64,000 nucleotides of DNA from an uncultured virus (IMG/VR IMGVR_UViG_3300020526_000001) (IMGVR_UViG_3300020526_000001); one strand, 5' to 3'. Positions 31,046 through 41,358 are shown, counted from the first letter of the stretch. A program made the numbers and translations. The notes: a model not told the origin generated them from the sequence alone.

Positions 31046-31591
31046 ATGGATCAAGCATCTCCATTACAAAGACAAATTTCAAATAGAAATTTTTTGTCAC
31101 CAGTTGGGTTTAAATTTAATTTATCTAAAGAACCGAAGGTAGATTTTTTCTCAAATTCTGCTTCAATTCCTGGCATAAATTTGGGTGTGGCAATTCAACC
31201 AACATATTTGAAAGACATACCAATACCTGGAGATAAGTTATCATATAGTGATTTCACTCTTCGTTTTATGATTGACGAAGATATGGAAAATTACTTGACA
31301 ATTCACAATTGGTTAAGGGGATTTGGTTATCCAGAATCAGTTGAAGAATATCAAGAACTATTGGATAACGATGAATATTTTCCAGGTAAACAGACAGCAA
31401 TTAGCGGGCAGTCTGATGGATCATTAATCATATACAACAGTAATTATCAACCAACCGCTTCTGTAGTATTTAAGGGTATGTTCCCAACATCATTAACTTC
31501 TATAGAGTTTAGTGCCAAAGAAACTGCATTAAACTACATAGAGGCAGAAGTAGTTTTTAAATATACAATTTATGAAATTATAAAATATTGA
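31046..31591 (+). CDS. g3: Tail completion protein gp3-like
   Basis: NFLSPVGFKF, IPGI.LG, F.IDE...NY..IH.W. Confidence 0.85.
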   Translation: MDQASPLQRQISNRNFLSPVGFKFNLSKEPKVDFFSNSASIPGINLGVAIQPTYLKDIPIPGDKLSYSDFTLRFMIDEDMENYLTIHNWLRGFGYPESVEEYQELLDNDEYFPGKQTAISGQSDGSLIIYNSNYQPTASVVFKGMFPTSLTSIEFSAKETALNYIEAEVVFKYTIYEIIKY

Positions 31592-31594
31592 TTT

Positions 31595-32023
31595 ATGGAT
31601 ATTGATGAAATTCAAAGATTATGGGAAGAAGACTCAAAGATAGATTCAGATAATTTACACGAAGAATCTATAAAAATTCCAGCATTACACTCAAAATACT
31701 ATAAAATATACAACAATATTCTTCTATTGAAAAAAATAGAGGAAAATAAATTTAAGGTTTTAAAAAAAGAAAAATGGTTATATTTTTCTGGCAAATCAGA
31801 TCCAGATGTATATAAAGAAAACCCATTTGATCATAAAGTATTAAAACCAGATTTGGAAAAATATCTTGATGCAGACGAAGATATTTTGAAATCAAGTTCA
31901 AAAATAGAATATTATCAAGTTATGCTTAGTTATTTGGAAAGTATCTTAAAAACTATTTTAAACAGAACTTACCAAATTAAAAATGCAATCGAATATATGA
32001 GATTTACTGCTGGTTATGGATAA
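31595..32023 (+). CDS. uvsY: Recombination mediator UvsY
   Basis: D..ID...L..ES..IP.LH.KY; R.YQIKNAI. Confidence 0.9.
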   Translation: MDIDEIQRLWEEDSKIDSDNLHEESIKIPALHSKYYKIYNNILLLKKIEENKFKVLKKEKWLYFSGKSDPDVYKENPFDHKVLKPDLEKYLDADEDILKSSSKIEYYQVMLSYLESILKTILNRTYQIKNAIEYMRFTAGYG

Positions 32024-33485
32024 TATAATTATACAGAAAAAAAATGAGGTCTACTTAAAAGTAGAGACAGAACCACATATACATCAAGAACTTTCTGAGT
32101 ATTTTACTTTTGATGTTCCTGGTGCAAAATTTATGCCACAATACAGAAGTAAGTATTGGGATGGCAAAATTAGATTATATAGTACTCATACTGGAGAAAT
32201 TTATGTTGGACTGCTAGACAAAATAGTTGCTTGGGCAAAAAGATATGAATATTCAGTAGAATTTAGAGATAATAAATTTTATGGAACCCCATTAGAAGAA
32301 AATGAAATGATTTCTTATGAGGGTGTCAAAGATTATATGTCTCGCATTTCTAAACATAAACCAAGAGAGTATCAAATAGACGCAGTTTATGATGCATTAA
32401 AATATAATAGAAAGCTTTTAATCTCCCCAACAGCATCTGGTAAATCCCTAATGATTTACTCCGTTGTTAGATACTTTACTGAAAAGGATAATAAAATTCT
32501 TTTGGTTGTTCCAACAACATCTCTAGTTGAGCAGATGTATAAAGATTTTGAAGATTATGGTTGGAATGCAGAACATCATTGTCACAAGATTTATTCCGGA
32601 AAAGAAAAAAATACTAAAAAGAGTGTAGTAATAACAACCTGGCAATCAATTTATAATTTGCCTAGAGGTTTTTTTAATGATTTTAACGTAATTATTGGAG
32701 ACGAAGCACATTTATTTAAATCAAAATCATTAGTTAGCATAATGACTAAGTGTGATAATGCTAAGTATAGATTTGGATTTACTGGTACTTTAGATGGATC
32801 ACAGACACATAAATGGGTTTTGGAAGGTCTTTTTGGTCCATCATATAAAGTAACTCAAACAAAAGAGTTAATAGAAAAAGGACATTTATCTAAATTACAA
32901 ATAAAAATTTTGTTATTGGCACACGACCCTCATAAGTTTAATGAGTATGAAGAAGAAATTCAGTATTTAATATCTCACGATAAACGAAATAATTTTATTA
33001 AAAATTTAGTTTTAGATCTAAAGGGGAATAGTTTAGTATTATTCAATAGAGTTGAAAGTCATGGTCTGCCTTTATATGAACTTATAAATAATTCAGCAAC
33101 AAAAGAAAGAAAAATATTTTTTGTTCATGGTGGAGTTAATACTGAAGAAAGAGAACTTGTTAGAGAAATTACTGAAAGAGAAAATAATGCAATTATTGTT
33201 GCATCTTACGGAACATTTTCTACCGGAATTAACATTAGAAATTTGCATAATGTTATCTTTGCTTCACCCAGTAAATCAAGAGTCAGAAATCTTCAATCAA
33301 TTGGAAGAGTTTTAAGAAAAGGAAATAACAAAACACAAGCAATTCTTTATGATATTGCAGATGACATTACTTATAACTCTAAAAAAAATTATACTCTCAA
33401 TCATTTAATTGAAAGAGTTAAAATTTATAATGAAGAAGATTTTAACTATGAAATAATTAAAATCAATTTTAAAACCAATGTCTGA
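32016..33485 (+). CDS. uvsW: Helicase UvsW
   Basis: WDGKIRL, SPTASGKS, DEAH, QSIGR.LR. Confidence 0.95.
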   Translation: MDNIIIQKKNEVYLKVETEPHIHQELSEYFTFDVPGAKFMPQYRSKYWDGKIRLYSTHTGEIYVGLLDKIVAWAKRYEYSVEFRDNKFYGTPLEENEMISYEGVKDYMSRISKHKPREYQIDAVYDALKYNRKLLISPTASGKSLMIYSVVRYFTEKDNKILLVVPTTSLVEQMYKDFEDYGWNAEHHCHKIYSGKEKNTKKSVVITTWQSIYNLPRGFFNDFNVIIGDEAHLFKSKSLVSIMTKCDNAKYRFGFTGTLDGSQTHKWVLEGLFGPSYKVTQTKELIEKGHLSKLQIKILLLAHDPHKFNEYEEEIQYLISHDKRNNFIKNLVLDLKGNSLVLFNRVESHGLPLYELINNSATKERKIFFVHGGVNTEERELVREITERENNAIIVASYGTFSTGINIRNLHNVIFASPSKSRVRNLQSIGRVLRKGNNKTQAILYDIADDITYNSKKNYTLNHLIERVKIYNEEDFNYEIIKINFKTNV

Positions 33486-33873
33486 TGAATTCTATGCAAT
33501 AATTAAATTAATCTCCTCCGAAGAAATATTTTCTAAAGTATGTTCTTGCGATGAGGAAGATAGAACTATTTTAATACTTGATGATCCTGTTATAATTGAA
33601 ACAATAACGATTCAAAAATATTCTGTTGAAGGATATAAAATAAATCCTTGGATTAAATTTACTGATGAAACTACATTTTTACTTAACATGGAAAAAGTAA
33701 TAACTATTTCAGAAGTTAAAGATAAACATATAATTTCAATCTATGAAAAATTTATAAAGAATAAAAATAAAAAACAGAATAAAAAGAATGTATCTCCCAA
33801 TATGGGATACATATCATCAATTAGTGAAGCAAGAGTCTCTCTAGAGAAACTTTATAAATCAGAAGATAATTAA
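33478..33873 (+). CDS. Conserved hypothetical protein (Sm-fold-like)
   Basis: IKL.S.EEI...P...PW pattern; position after uvsW. Confidence 0.55.
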   Translation: MSDEFYAIIKLISSEEIFSKVCSCDEEDRTILILDDPVIIETITIQKYSVEGYKINPWIKFTDETTFLLNMEKVITISEVKDKHIISIYEKFIKNKNKKQNKKNVSPNMGYISSISEARVSLEKLYKSEDN

Positions 33874-33904
33874 GCCTCATATGGTTATCAACCCTGACAG
33901 AGTT

Positions 33905-33933
33905 ATTTTACTCAAATGATACCGACTTGTCAA
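33905..33933 (-). promoter_or_regulatory. Antisense sigma70-type promoter
   Basis: The minus strand reads TTGACA-17bp-TAAAAT. Confidence 0.6.
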
Positions 33934-33994
33934 ATTGTTCTTTTTTATGCTAATATGTCTACATTAAAACAAAGGCACTAGTACATAAAAATAA

Positions 33995-34468
33995 ATGAAT
34001 AGTAAAGCAACCAAGAACCCCCATTACGTTAATAATAAAGATTTTCATGAAGCATTGGTTCAACATAAGATAAAAGTTGATAATGCCAAATCCAAAGGAT
34101 TAGCACCACCAATGATTTCAAATTATCTTGGAGATTGCTTTTTGAAAATTGCTACTCATTTATCATATCGTCCCAATTTTGTAAATTATATGTTTAGGGA
34201 AGATATGATTAGTGATGGTGTGGAAAACTGTGTGAATTATATTAATAATTTTGATACAGAAAGAACCAATCCATTTGCATACTTTACTCAAATTGTTTAT
34301 TATGCATTTCTTCGTAGAATCCATAAAGAGAAGAAACAAATGGAGATTAAAGAAAAAATTATTGAACGTAGTGGATATGATGAAGTATTTTCCGTTGATG
34401 GTGACGGATTTAGTTCTTCTGACTACAATACAATCAAAGATAATATTCAAATGAAATCATATCAATGA
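33995..34468 (+). CDS. g55: Late-transcription sigma factor gp55
   Basis: HYVNNK.F, PNF.NY..REDMI.DG.ENC, NPFAYFTQI. Confidence 0.95.
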   Translation: MNSKATKNPHYVNNKDFHEALVQHKIKVDNAKSKGLAPPMISNYLGDCFLKIATHLSYRPNFVNYMFREDMISDGVENCVNYINNFDTERTNPFAYFTQIVYYAFLRRIHKEKKQMEIKEKIIERSGYDEVFSVDGDGFSSSDYNTIKDNIQMKSYQ

Positions 34469-35508
34469 AATTAGGTATCATTACTGATACTCATTATAAT
34501 TTTAAAAAAGCAAATAAAAACTTTCATGAATATTTTGCGAAATTTTATAATGAGATTTTTTTTCCGAAGTTAAAAAAAGAAAAAATAAATATCGTTATTC
34601 ATATGGGGGATGCCTTTGATAATAGAAAAGGCATTGACTATTGGGCTTTGGAATGGGCAAAAGAAAATGTTTATGATAAGTTTCAAGAACTTGGAATAAC
34701 TGTTTATAACATCGTTGGGAATCACGACGTTTATTATAAAAATACAAATAGGATTAATTCAATTGATTTGCTTTTGAATCAATATGAAAATGTTATTCCA
34801 GTTTCGTCTCCTCTAGAAGTTTCATTTGACGGATTAAATACTTTGCTGCTTCCTTGGATATGCAATGAAAACCAGGAAGAAGTTTTTAATTTGCTTAAAG
34901 ATACAGAAGCAAAAGTTATATTTGGTCATTTAGAACTAAATGGGTTTTCTGTTTTTCCTGGACAGGTTCAAAAAGGAGGAATGGATAAAACAATCTTTGA
35001 TAAGTTTGATAGAGTCTATTCTGGGCATTACCACACCCGCAGTGACGATGGAAAGGTATTTTACCTAGGAAACCCGTATCAAATGTTCTGGAACGATTAT
35101 GGAGATGATAGAGGATTCAATATATTTGATACGGAAACATATAAAATAAATTTTTGCAAAAATCCTTTTAATATATTTGAAAAAGTATATTATGAAGATG
35201 GTTCAGTCTCAGAAATTGAAGACATTAACTTTACTGATAAAATAGTAAAAATAATAATTAGAAAAAATAATAATCAAAAAGCATTTGACAAATATTTAAA
35301 TTTTATAACTAACTTTAATCCATTAGAGGTCAAAGTCGTTGATATGATGGATATTGACGATACACTTGTTGAATACTCTGATACAGAGATTGAGGACACA
35401 ATGACCATTCTTAATAAATATATTGAAGACTCTGACTTTGAGTTTGATAAAAATAAAGTCAAATCAATTGTTGGAGAAGTATATAAACAAGCACTAGAAC
35501 TAGAGTAA
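34465..35508 (+). CDS. g47: Recombination nuclease gp47 (Mre11-like)
   Basis: TDTH, GD.FD, GNHD, SGHYH. Confidence 0.93.
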   Translation: MKLGIITDTHYNFKKANKNFHEYFAKFYNEIFFPKLKKEKINIVIHMGDAFDNRKGIDYWALEWAKENVYDKFQELGITVYNIVGNHDVYYKNTNRINSIDLLLNQYENVIPVSSPLEVSFDGLNTLLLPWICNENQEEVFNLLKDTEAKVIFGHLELNGFSVFPGQVQKGGMDKTIFDKFDRVYSGHYHTRSDDGKVFYLGNPYQMFWNDYGDDRGFNIFDTETYKINFCKNPFNIFEKVYYEDGSVSEIEDINFTDKIVKIIIRKNNNQKAFDKYLNFITNFNPLEVKVVDMMDIDDTLVEYSDTEIEDTMTILNKYIEDSDFEFDKNKVKSIVGEVYKQALELE

Positions 35509-35795
35509 TGTATATACTTTCTATAAAAGGGAAAGAAGATGAGGGGGCATATGCGGTCCCAGATGATGATGGAGAAAAATCATTGTATTTTTTCCTGGAT
35601 GAAGATGATGCGGAAAGATATGCAGGACTTCTAGAGGCAGAAGATTATCCTCCAATGTCAGTAGTTGAAGTTGACCCAGAGTTAGCAGTTAAAACTTGTG
35701 ATGCTTATGGGTATAGTTATGTTATAATACCACCAGATGAATTTGTGATACCCCCAAGAAATAATGATTCTATTCGAGAAAATAAGATTTCGTAA
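35508..35795 (+). CDS. Hypothetical protein
   Basis: Acidic ORF (F..EDDA.RYA.LL) between g47 and g46. Confidence 0.6.
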   Translation: MYILSIKGKEDEGAYAVPDDDGEKSLYFFLDEDDAERYAGLLEAEDYPPMSVVEVDPELAVKTCDAYGYSYVIIPPDEFVIPPRNNDSIRENKIS

Positions 35796-37479
35796 TTTTT
35801 TATCAACAGGAAATCAGTTTACGGAGATAAATTTTAATAAGAATCCCACAACACTAGTAGTTGGTTCAAATGGTAGTGGAAAATCCACATTGCTAGATGC
35901 TTTATGTTTTGGGTTATTTAATAAAGCATTCAGAAAAATTACAAAAAGTCAATTAGTAAACTCTACTAATGAGAAAGATTGTTTGGTTGAAATTGAATTT
36001 TCCATTGGAACAAACAAGTGGAAAATTGTAAGGGGGATAAAACCAAACATCTTTGAAATTTATAAGAATGGTTCTTTATTAGACCAGGAAGCATCAGCAA
36101 ATGACCAACAAGAATGGTTGGAAAGTTTTGTATTAAAACTGAACTACAAGTCATTTACTCAAATTGTGATTTTGGGTAGTGCTTCATATATACCTTTTAT
36201 GCAACTTTCTGCTGCAAATCGTAGAGAGATTGTTGAAGATTTGCTGGACATTAAAATATTTTCTTCAATGAATTCTGTTGTCAAAGAAAAGATTAAAAGA
36301 CTTAATGAGAAATTCAAAGAAGAGTCCATTAAGGAGGTTATGACGGAAGAAAAAATTGAGATGCAAAAAGAGTTTATTGAAAATATAGAAAAAAATGGAG
36401 AGAAAAATATAAAAATAAAGAATGCAAAGATTGAAGAACTTCAAAATAATATTAATTTATTAATTGAAGAAAGTGATAAAAAGAATCTAATATCTGCTGA
36501 TTTGCAGAAACAAACTAAAGAACTTGGAGACCCAACAAAGAAATTAAAACAACTCTCTTCTTTGAAAGGTAAACTATCTCAGAAGGCATCTACAATCAAA
36601 GAGCAACATCAATTTTTTGATAATAATACGGTATGCCCTACTTGTACTCAAAAAATTGACGAGGAATTTAGGTTAAATAAACTTGGTGAATTTCAAGATA
36701 AAGTAAAAGAAATTGAAGTTGGTTATAAAGAAATTAAGACTCTTATAGAAAACGAAGAACTTAGAGAGTCTGAATTTGCAAAAATTGCAAAGCAAATTAA
36801 TAGCATAAACAATGAAATTTCTAGTAACAACATTAAAATCTCTCAATTTAATAAGCAATCAAAAGAACTTGAATGTGAAATTCAAGAGATTGCCGATGGA
36901 ATTAAAAACACAAATACTGAGAGGAATAAGTTAAAAAAACTTCAAGATGAACTAAAAGAAATTGGTAATTCAAAATGTAAGCATAAAGAAGATGTTTCTT
37001 ATTTTGAATTTGTAGGTTCAATGCTAAAAGATGGTGGAATAAAATCAAAGGTTATTAAAAAATATCTTCCATTGATGAATACTCAAATCAACAAATATTT
37101 GAATTTGATGGACTTTTATATTAATTTTTCTTTTGATGAAGAATTTAAAGAAAACTTAAAGTCACCAATTCACGAAGATTTTACTTATGAATCTTTTTCT
37201 GAAGGTGAAAAGATGCGGATAAATCTTGCAATTCTTTTTACTTGGAGGGAAATTGCAAGAATGAAGAATTCAGCAAATACAAATCTGCTTATTCTTGATG
37301 AGGTATTTGATAGTTCTTTGGATGGAAATGGAATTGATTACTTTAGTAAAATAATCAGATATATGTTAAAAGATACAAATGTATTTGTAATCTCTCATAA
37401 GACGGACGAAATGATGGATGCGTTTGATGACGTAATTAAGTTCGAGAAAGTTAAGGGATTCAGCAAAATTTCTTCTTGA
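35764..37479 (+). CDS. g46: Recombination ATPase gp46 (Rad50-like)
   Basis: GSNGSGKST, CPTC zinc hook, FSEGE, LDEVFD, ISH. Confidence 0.95.
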   Translation: MILFEKIRFRNFLSTGNQFTEINFNKNPTTLVVGSNGSGKSTLLDALCFGLFNKAFRKITKSQLVNSTNEKDCLVEIEFSIGTNKWKIVRGIKPNIFEIYKNGSLLDQEASANDQQEWLESFVLKLNYKSFTQIVILGSASYIPFMQLSAANRREIVEDLLDIKIFSSMNSVVKEKIKRLNEKFKEESIKEVMTEEKIEMQKEFIENIEKNGEKNIKIKNAKIEELQNNINLLIEESDKKNLISADLQKQTKELGDPTKKLKQLSSLKGKLSQKASTIKEQHQFFDNNTVCPTCTQKIDEEFRLNKLGEFQDKVKEIEVGYKEIKTLIENEELRESEFAKIAKQINSINNEISSNNIKISQFNKQSKELECEIQEIADGIKNTNTERNKLKKLQDELKEIGNSKCKHKEDVSYFEFVGSMLKDGGIKSKVIKKYLPLMNTQINKYLNLMDFYINFSFDEEFKENLKSPIHEDFTYESFSEGEKMRINLAILFTWREIARMKNSANTNLLILDEVFDSSLDGNGIDYFSKIIRYMLKDTNVFVISHKTDEMMDAFDDVIKFEKVKGFSKISS

Positions 37480-37503
37480 CTGTTCTGGAAAACCTGGTAT
37501 ACT
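37476..37503 (+). promoter_or_regulatory. Early sigma70-type promoter
   Basis: TTGACT-16bp-TATACT with TG extension. Confidence 0.55.
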
Positions 37504-37532
37504 TAAAACGGACCTTTAGTAATGATGTTGAA

Positions 37533-37958
37533 GTGGAAGAAAACTTTTTGAATTTGAGTTATGGTGATGACACCCTCCCAGACCAAGAGTTTTGGCATAA
37601 TGACGGAATTAGCCTTACTGGAAATCCACACTATTCTCCTGATACAATTACATTTAATATGAATACTGATGAAAATAAAAATGGATTTTGGAAATACAAC
37701 GAAGATAAAATTCTAAAGCAACTTGAGGAATATCTTAAAGGCACCTACAGTCAACATTATGTAGATAGGACTGGTGGTGGAAAAGAGCAAACATTAGATA
37801 AAATTAAGCACAATCGTCGTGAAGGATTCTGTGCTGGAAATGTGACAAAATATATTGACCGATATGATACCAAGGGTACTCCACGTCAGGACCTGTTTAA
37901 AGTTCTGCACTATACGATGCTCTTGATTAATCATCTAAACCTTATTGAAAACAAGTGA
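37533..37958 (+). CDS. DUF3310-like protein (start uncertain, 37533 or 37659)
   Basis: HY...QTLD.I...GFC.GNV.KY..RY..KG...DL.K..HY. Confidence 0.65.
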   Translation: MEENFLNLSYGDDTLPDQEFWHNDGISLTGNPHYSPDTITFNMNTDENKNGFWKYNEDKILKQLEEYLKGTYSQHYVDRTGGGKEQTLDKIKHNRREGFCAGNVTKYIDRYDTKGTPRQDLFKVLHYTMLLINHLNLIENK

Positions 37959-37972
37959 AACCGAGACCTTAT

Positions 37973-38638
37973 ATGAAACTTTCTCCTGAGACTATTACCA
38001 CCCTTAAAAACTTTGCTTCAATTAACCAGTCTATTTTGGTAAAAGAAGGTTCTAAACTTCGCACAATTAGTGTGATGAAGAATATTCTTGCTGAAGCAGA
38101 TGTTAAGGAAACTTTTCCTAAGGACTTTGCAATTTATGATTTGAACCAATTTCTAAATGGTTTGAGTTTGCACCAAGATCCAGACCTTGATTTTTCAAAT
38201 GATACTCACTTGATTATTCGAGAGGGTAAACGTAGGGTAAAGTACTTCTTTGCTGACCCAGAAGTAATTGTGACTCCTCCAGATAAGGAGTTGACTCTCC
38301 CAACAGAAGATGTATGCTTCCAACTGGAGCACTCTCAACTCGATAAACTGATTAAAGCATCTGCTGTTTATCAACTTCCCGATCTTTCTGCTGTTGGTGA
38401 AGCAGGTGTAGTAAAACTAGTTGTTCGTGATAAAAAGAACGACACTTCTAACGAGTTCTCTATTGTTGTTGGTGAAACTGATAGTGAATTTACTTTCAAC
38501 TTTAAAGTTGAAAACATTAAGATTATTCCTGGTTCTTATGACGTTGTAGTTTCCAAAAAACTCCTGTCTAAGTTTACAAATCCCAAATATAATCTTAATT
38601 ATTATATTGCCCTTGAACCTGATTCTACTTTTTCATAA
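37973..38638 (+). CDS. g45: Sliding clamp gp45
   Basis: LKNFASINQS, FAIYDLN.FL, Y.IALE. Confidence 0.95.
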   Translation: MKLSPETITTLKNFASINQSILVKEGSKLRTISVMKNILAEADVKETFPKDFAIYDLNQFLNGLSLHQDPDLDFSNDTHLIIREGKRRVKYFFADPEVIVTPPDKELTLPTEDVCFQLEHSQLDKLIKASAVYQLPDLSAVGEAGVVKLVVRDKKNDTSNEFSIVVGETDSEFTFNFKVENIKIIPGSYDVVVSKKLLSKFTNPKYNLNYYIALEPDSTFS

Positions 38639-39045
38639 TGGACTTTCTTCTTTATCTTACACCGATTGGGAATCAAATACTTAATAAAATTATTTCTAAA
38701 AATTATATTGTTAGGGAAAATGCTCCAATCTGTAGAAATAAAGAATTATTTGGTACTTTAACTAGACCAGATTTTGTAATCTGCACTAATAATATTAAAA
38801 ATACAATTAGTCCAGTAAAACACTATGTCAATGAAACTGTCTATCACGAGGCAGTCCACGTAATTCATTCTTGCAAAGGGGGTCCAATTGGAATTAAGAA
38901 TATCCAGTTGGACTCTTGGAAACTGAATGATGTTATGCGGTCTTCTAATATAACAAAACAGCATCAAGTCTATGAACTTGAGGCATATTGGTTGGAAGAT
39001 AAACCAGAATTGGTTAATGATTATCTACAAAAATTTTGCTTTTAA
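38638..39045 (+). CDS. HExxH-containing hypothetical protein (zincin-like)
   Basis: HEAVH followed by ELEAY. Confidence 0.5.
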   Translation: MDFLLYLTPIGNQILNKIISKNYIVRENAPICRNKELFGTLTRPDFVICTNNIKNTISPVKHYVNETVYHEAVHVIHSCKGGPIGIKNIQLDSWKLNDVMRSSNITKQHQVYELEAYWLEDKPELVNDYLQKFCF

Positions 39046-39048
39046 ATT

Positions 39049-39996
39049 ATGAGTCGTGATGAATTTCTTTGGGTTGAAAAGTATAGACCCAAAACAATTG
39101 AAGATTGTATTCTCCCCGAGAATATTAAGAAAACATTTAGAGACTTTCTAAATAAGGGTGAAGTGCCAAACCTACTTCTTGCTGGTCCTGCTGGATGTGG
39201 TAAGACAACAGTTGCTAAAGCACTGTGTAATGAACTTGGAGTAGATGTATATGTCATCAATGGATCTGACGAAGGTAGATTCCTCGATACTGTCCGAAAC
39301 AATGCGAAAAACTTTGCTTCGACCGTATCGCTTACGGCAACTGCTAAACACAAAGTCATCATCATTGATGAGGCAGATAACACAACCAATGATGTTCAAC
39401 TCCTCCTACGGGCGTTTACTGAGGAGTTTAGTGGCAACTGCAGATTCATCTTCACCTGCAACTATAAGAACAAAATCATTGAACCTCTTCATTCAAGGTG
39501 TGCGGTCGTTGAGTTTTCAATCACATCAAAACAAAAACCAGCAATCGCAGCAGGATTCTTCAAAAGACTCCAGCAAATCCTTGAACTGGAAAACATTAAG
39601 TTCGATACAAGAGTCCTTGTAGAACTCATCAACAAACACTTCCCAGACTGGAGGAGAGTCCTCAATGAATGCCAAAGGTACTCGGTGGGTGGAGAAATTG
39701 ATACAGGTATTCTTTCTTCGTTCTTGGAGGTAAAAACTGATGACTTGATTAAGAGTCTCAAAGAAAGGAATTTCCCAGAAGTTCGTAAGTGGGTTGTTGG
39801 TAACTTAGACAATGATTCTGGAGTTCTTTTGCGTCGTGTTTACGATGCTTGTTATGAGTGTCTGGATGGACCTTCCATTGCTGCTGCTGTGCTTATTGTT
39901 GCAAAGTATCAGTATCAGTCAGTATTTGTTGCTGACCAAGAAATAAACCTTCTTGCTGCTTTAACTGAAATTATGGTGGAGTGTAAGTTTAAATGA
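39049..39996 (+). CDS. g44: Clamp loader large subunit gp44
   Basis: WVEKYRP, GPAGCGKT, IIDEAD, SRC. Confidence 0.96.
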   Translation: MSRDEFLWVEKYRPKTIEDCILPENIKKTFRDFLNKGEVPNLLLAGPAGCGKTTVAKALCNELGVDVYVINGSDEGRFLDTVRNNAKNFASTVSLTATAKHKVIIIDEADNTTNDVQLLLRAFTEEFSGNCRFIFTCNYKNKIIEPLHSRCAVVEFSITSKQKPAIAAGFFKRLQQILELENIKFDTRVLVELINKHFPDWRRVLNECQRYSVGGEIDTGILSSFLEVKTDDLIKSLKERNFPEVRKWVVGNLDNDSGVLLRRVYDACYECLDGPSIAAAVLIVAKYQYQSVFVADQEINLLAALTEIMVECKFK

Positions 39997-40193
39997 TTGG
40001 TAGAGATGAACTTATGCACCATCGTCTTCAGGCATGGTTGCGTGAAAATAAATCTAATGATTTGGAGTATCTTGGTTTTTATCCAGATACTTTGGGTATT
40101 GATAAACACTGGTATCGTATTGATACCCATAAAGTTACTGTTGATTGTATTGAAGATATTGAATTTTTGGGAGAAATTGAAGTAAATGATTGA
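39993..40193 (+). CDS. Hypothetical protein
   Basis: 66-aa ORF coupled to g44 by an ATGA overlap. Confidence 0.55.
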   Translation: MIGRDELMHHRLQAWLRENKSNDLEYLGFYPDTLGIDKHWYRIDTHKVTVDCIEDIEFLGEIEVND

Positions 40194-40198
40194 AGTAA

Positions 40199-40492
40199 AT
40201 GATTGATGTAAAATTACTGCGTATTATAACTGGTGAAGAAGTTATTGCTGAACTTCTTTCCGAAACAGAGGAAACAATTACAGTACAAAATGGTCTTGTA
40301 GTTCTTCCAACTAATAATGGTGTTGGGTTTGCTCCTTGGGCAACAGTAATTAGTAAAGAAAAACCCGAAATTATGATATCTAAAAATCATATTGTATATG
40401 TTGTAGAGGTTCAAGAAGATCTTTCTAAAAAATATAATGAGATGTTTGGGAGTAAATTAATTACACCAAATGAGAAAAAGATAATTCTTTGA
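40199..40492 (+). CDS. Hypothetical protein (Sm-fold-like)
   Basis: KLLR..TGEEVIA...FAPW...YN.MFG. Confidence 0.6.
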   Translation: MIDVKLLRIITGEEVIAELLSETEETITVQNGLVVLPTNNGVGFAPWATVISKEKPEIMISKNHIVYVVEVQEDLSKKYNEMFGSKLITPNEKKIIL

Positions 40493-40503
40493 TATTTGGT
40501 AAA

Positions 40504-40887
40504 ATGGTCGAATTAAAAGATTGGTTGAATTCTATTAATCAAACAAAGAAAAATCTTCTTGATGAGGATCCTACTTTAGAAAAGGAATATACTCCATACA
40601 TTGTCAACAAATGTCTTAGTGGAAGTATAGATTGTATTATGTTTGTTAATGAATTAAATGTTAATAACAAATTGGATAAGAAACTTCAATATGATTTTCT
40701 TATAAATACTGTGAGAACCAAGAAGAGATTTTCTCCTTGGATGAAAAAGGAAAAAATTAAAGACCTTGAATACGTCAAATCTTACTATGGTTATAGTACC
40801 GAAAAGGCAGAGCAAGCGTTGAGAATTCTTTCTGATGAACAAATTAATTTCATTAAACAAAAACTTGATGTCGGAGGAACAAAATGA
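40504..40887 (+). CDS. g62: Clamp loader small subunit gp62
   Basis: WLNSIN, QYDF, KRFSPW, YYGYS..KA. Confidence 0.92.
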   Translation: MVELKDWLNSINQTKKNLLDEDPTLEKEYTPYIVNKCLSGSIDCIMFVNELNVNNKLDKKLQYDFLINTVRTKKRFSPWMKKEKIKDLEYVKSYYGYSTEKAEQALRILSDEQINFIKQKLDVGGTK

Positions 40888-41327
40888 GTGTCGTTCAAGA
40901 ACCTGAAGTGAAGTGGTCACCAGACCAAATGGTCGAAGTTATTCTTAATGAACCAGATGATTTTTTGAAGGTTCGTGAGACTCTTACCAGAATTGGTGTC
41001 GCATCTCGCAAAGAAAAAAAAATCTATCAATCTTGCCATATTCTGCATAAGCAAGGAAAGTATTATCTGGTGCATTTTAAGGAACTTTTTGCCCTTGATG
41101 GTAAACCAGCAAATCTTACAGTAAATGACGTTCAACGTCGTAATAGAATTTCTCAACTACTTGCTGATTGGGGACTAATTACAATTGTTGATGTCAATAA
41201 AATTCAAGATATTGCTCCATTGAATCAAATTAAAGTTCTTTCGTATAAGGACAAGGGTGATTGGATTTTGGAAACCAAGTATAACATTGGTGCCAAGAAA
41301 AAAAGGGTTGAAGGGGAAACCGAATAA
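40884..41327 (+). CDS. regA: Translational repressor RegA
   Basis: DDFLKVRETLTRIG, QSCHILHKQG.YY.VHFKELF. Confidence 0.96.
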   Translation: MSVVQEPEVKWSPDQMVEVILNEPDDFLKVRETLTRIGVASRKEKKIYQSCHILHKQGKYYLVHFKELFALDGKPANLTVNDVQRRNRISQLLADWGLITIVDVNKIQDIAPLNQIKVLSYKDKGDWILETKYNIGAKKKRVEGETE

Positions 41328-41333
41328 TTTTGT

Positions 41334-41358
41334 AGGGAGGTCAGAACCTCCCTTTTTT
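41334..41358 (+). terminator. Rho-independent terminator after regA
   Basis: AGGGAGGT-CAGA-ACCTCCCT followed by a T run. Confidence 0.85.

Noticed and set aside
37476..37532. ORF-track TTG start at 37476
   Set aside because: It coincides with the -35 of a likely promoter, so the real start should be downstream.
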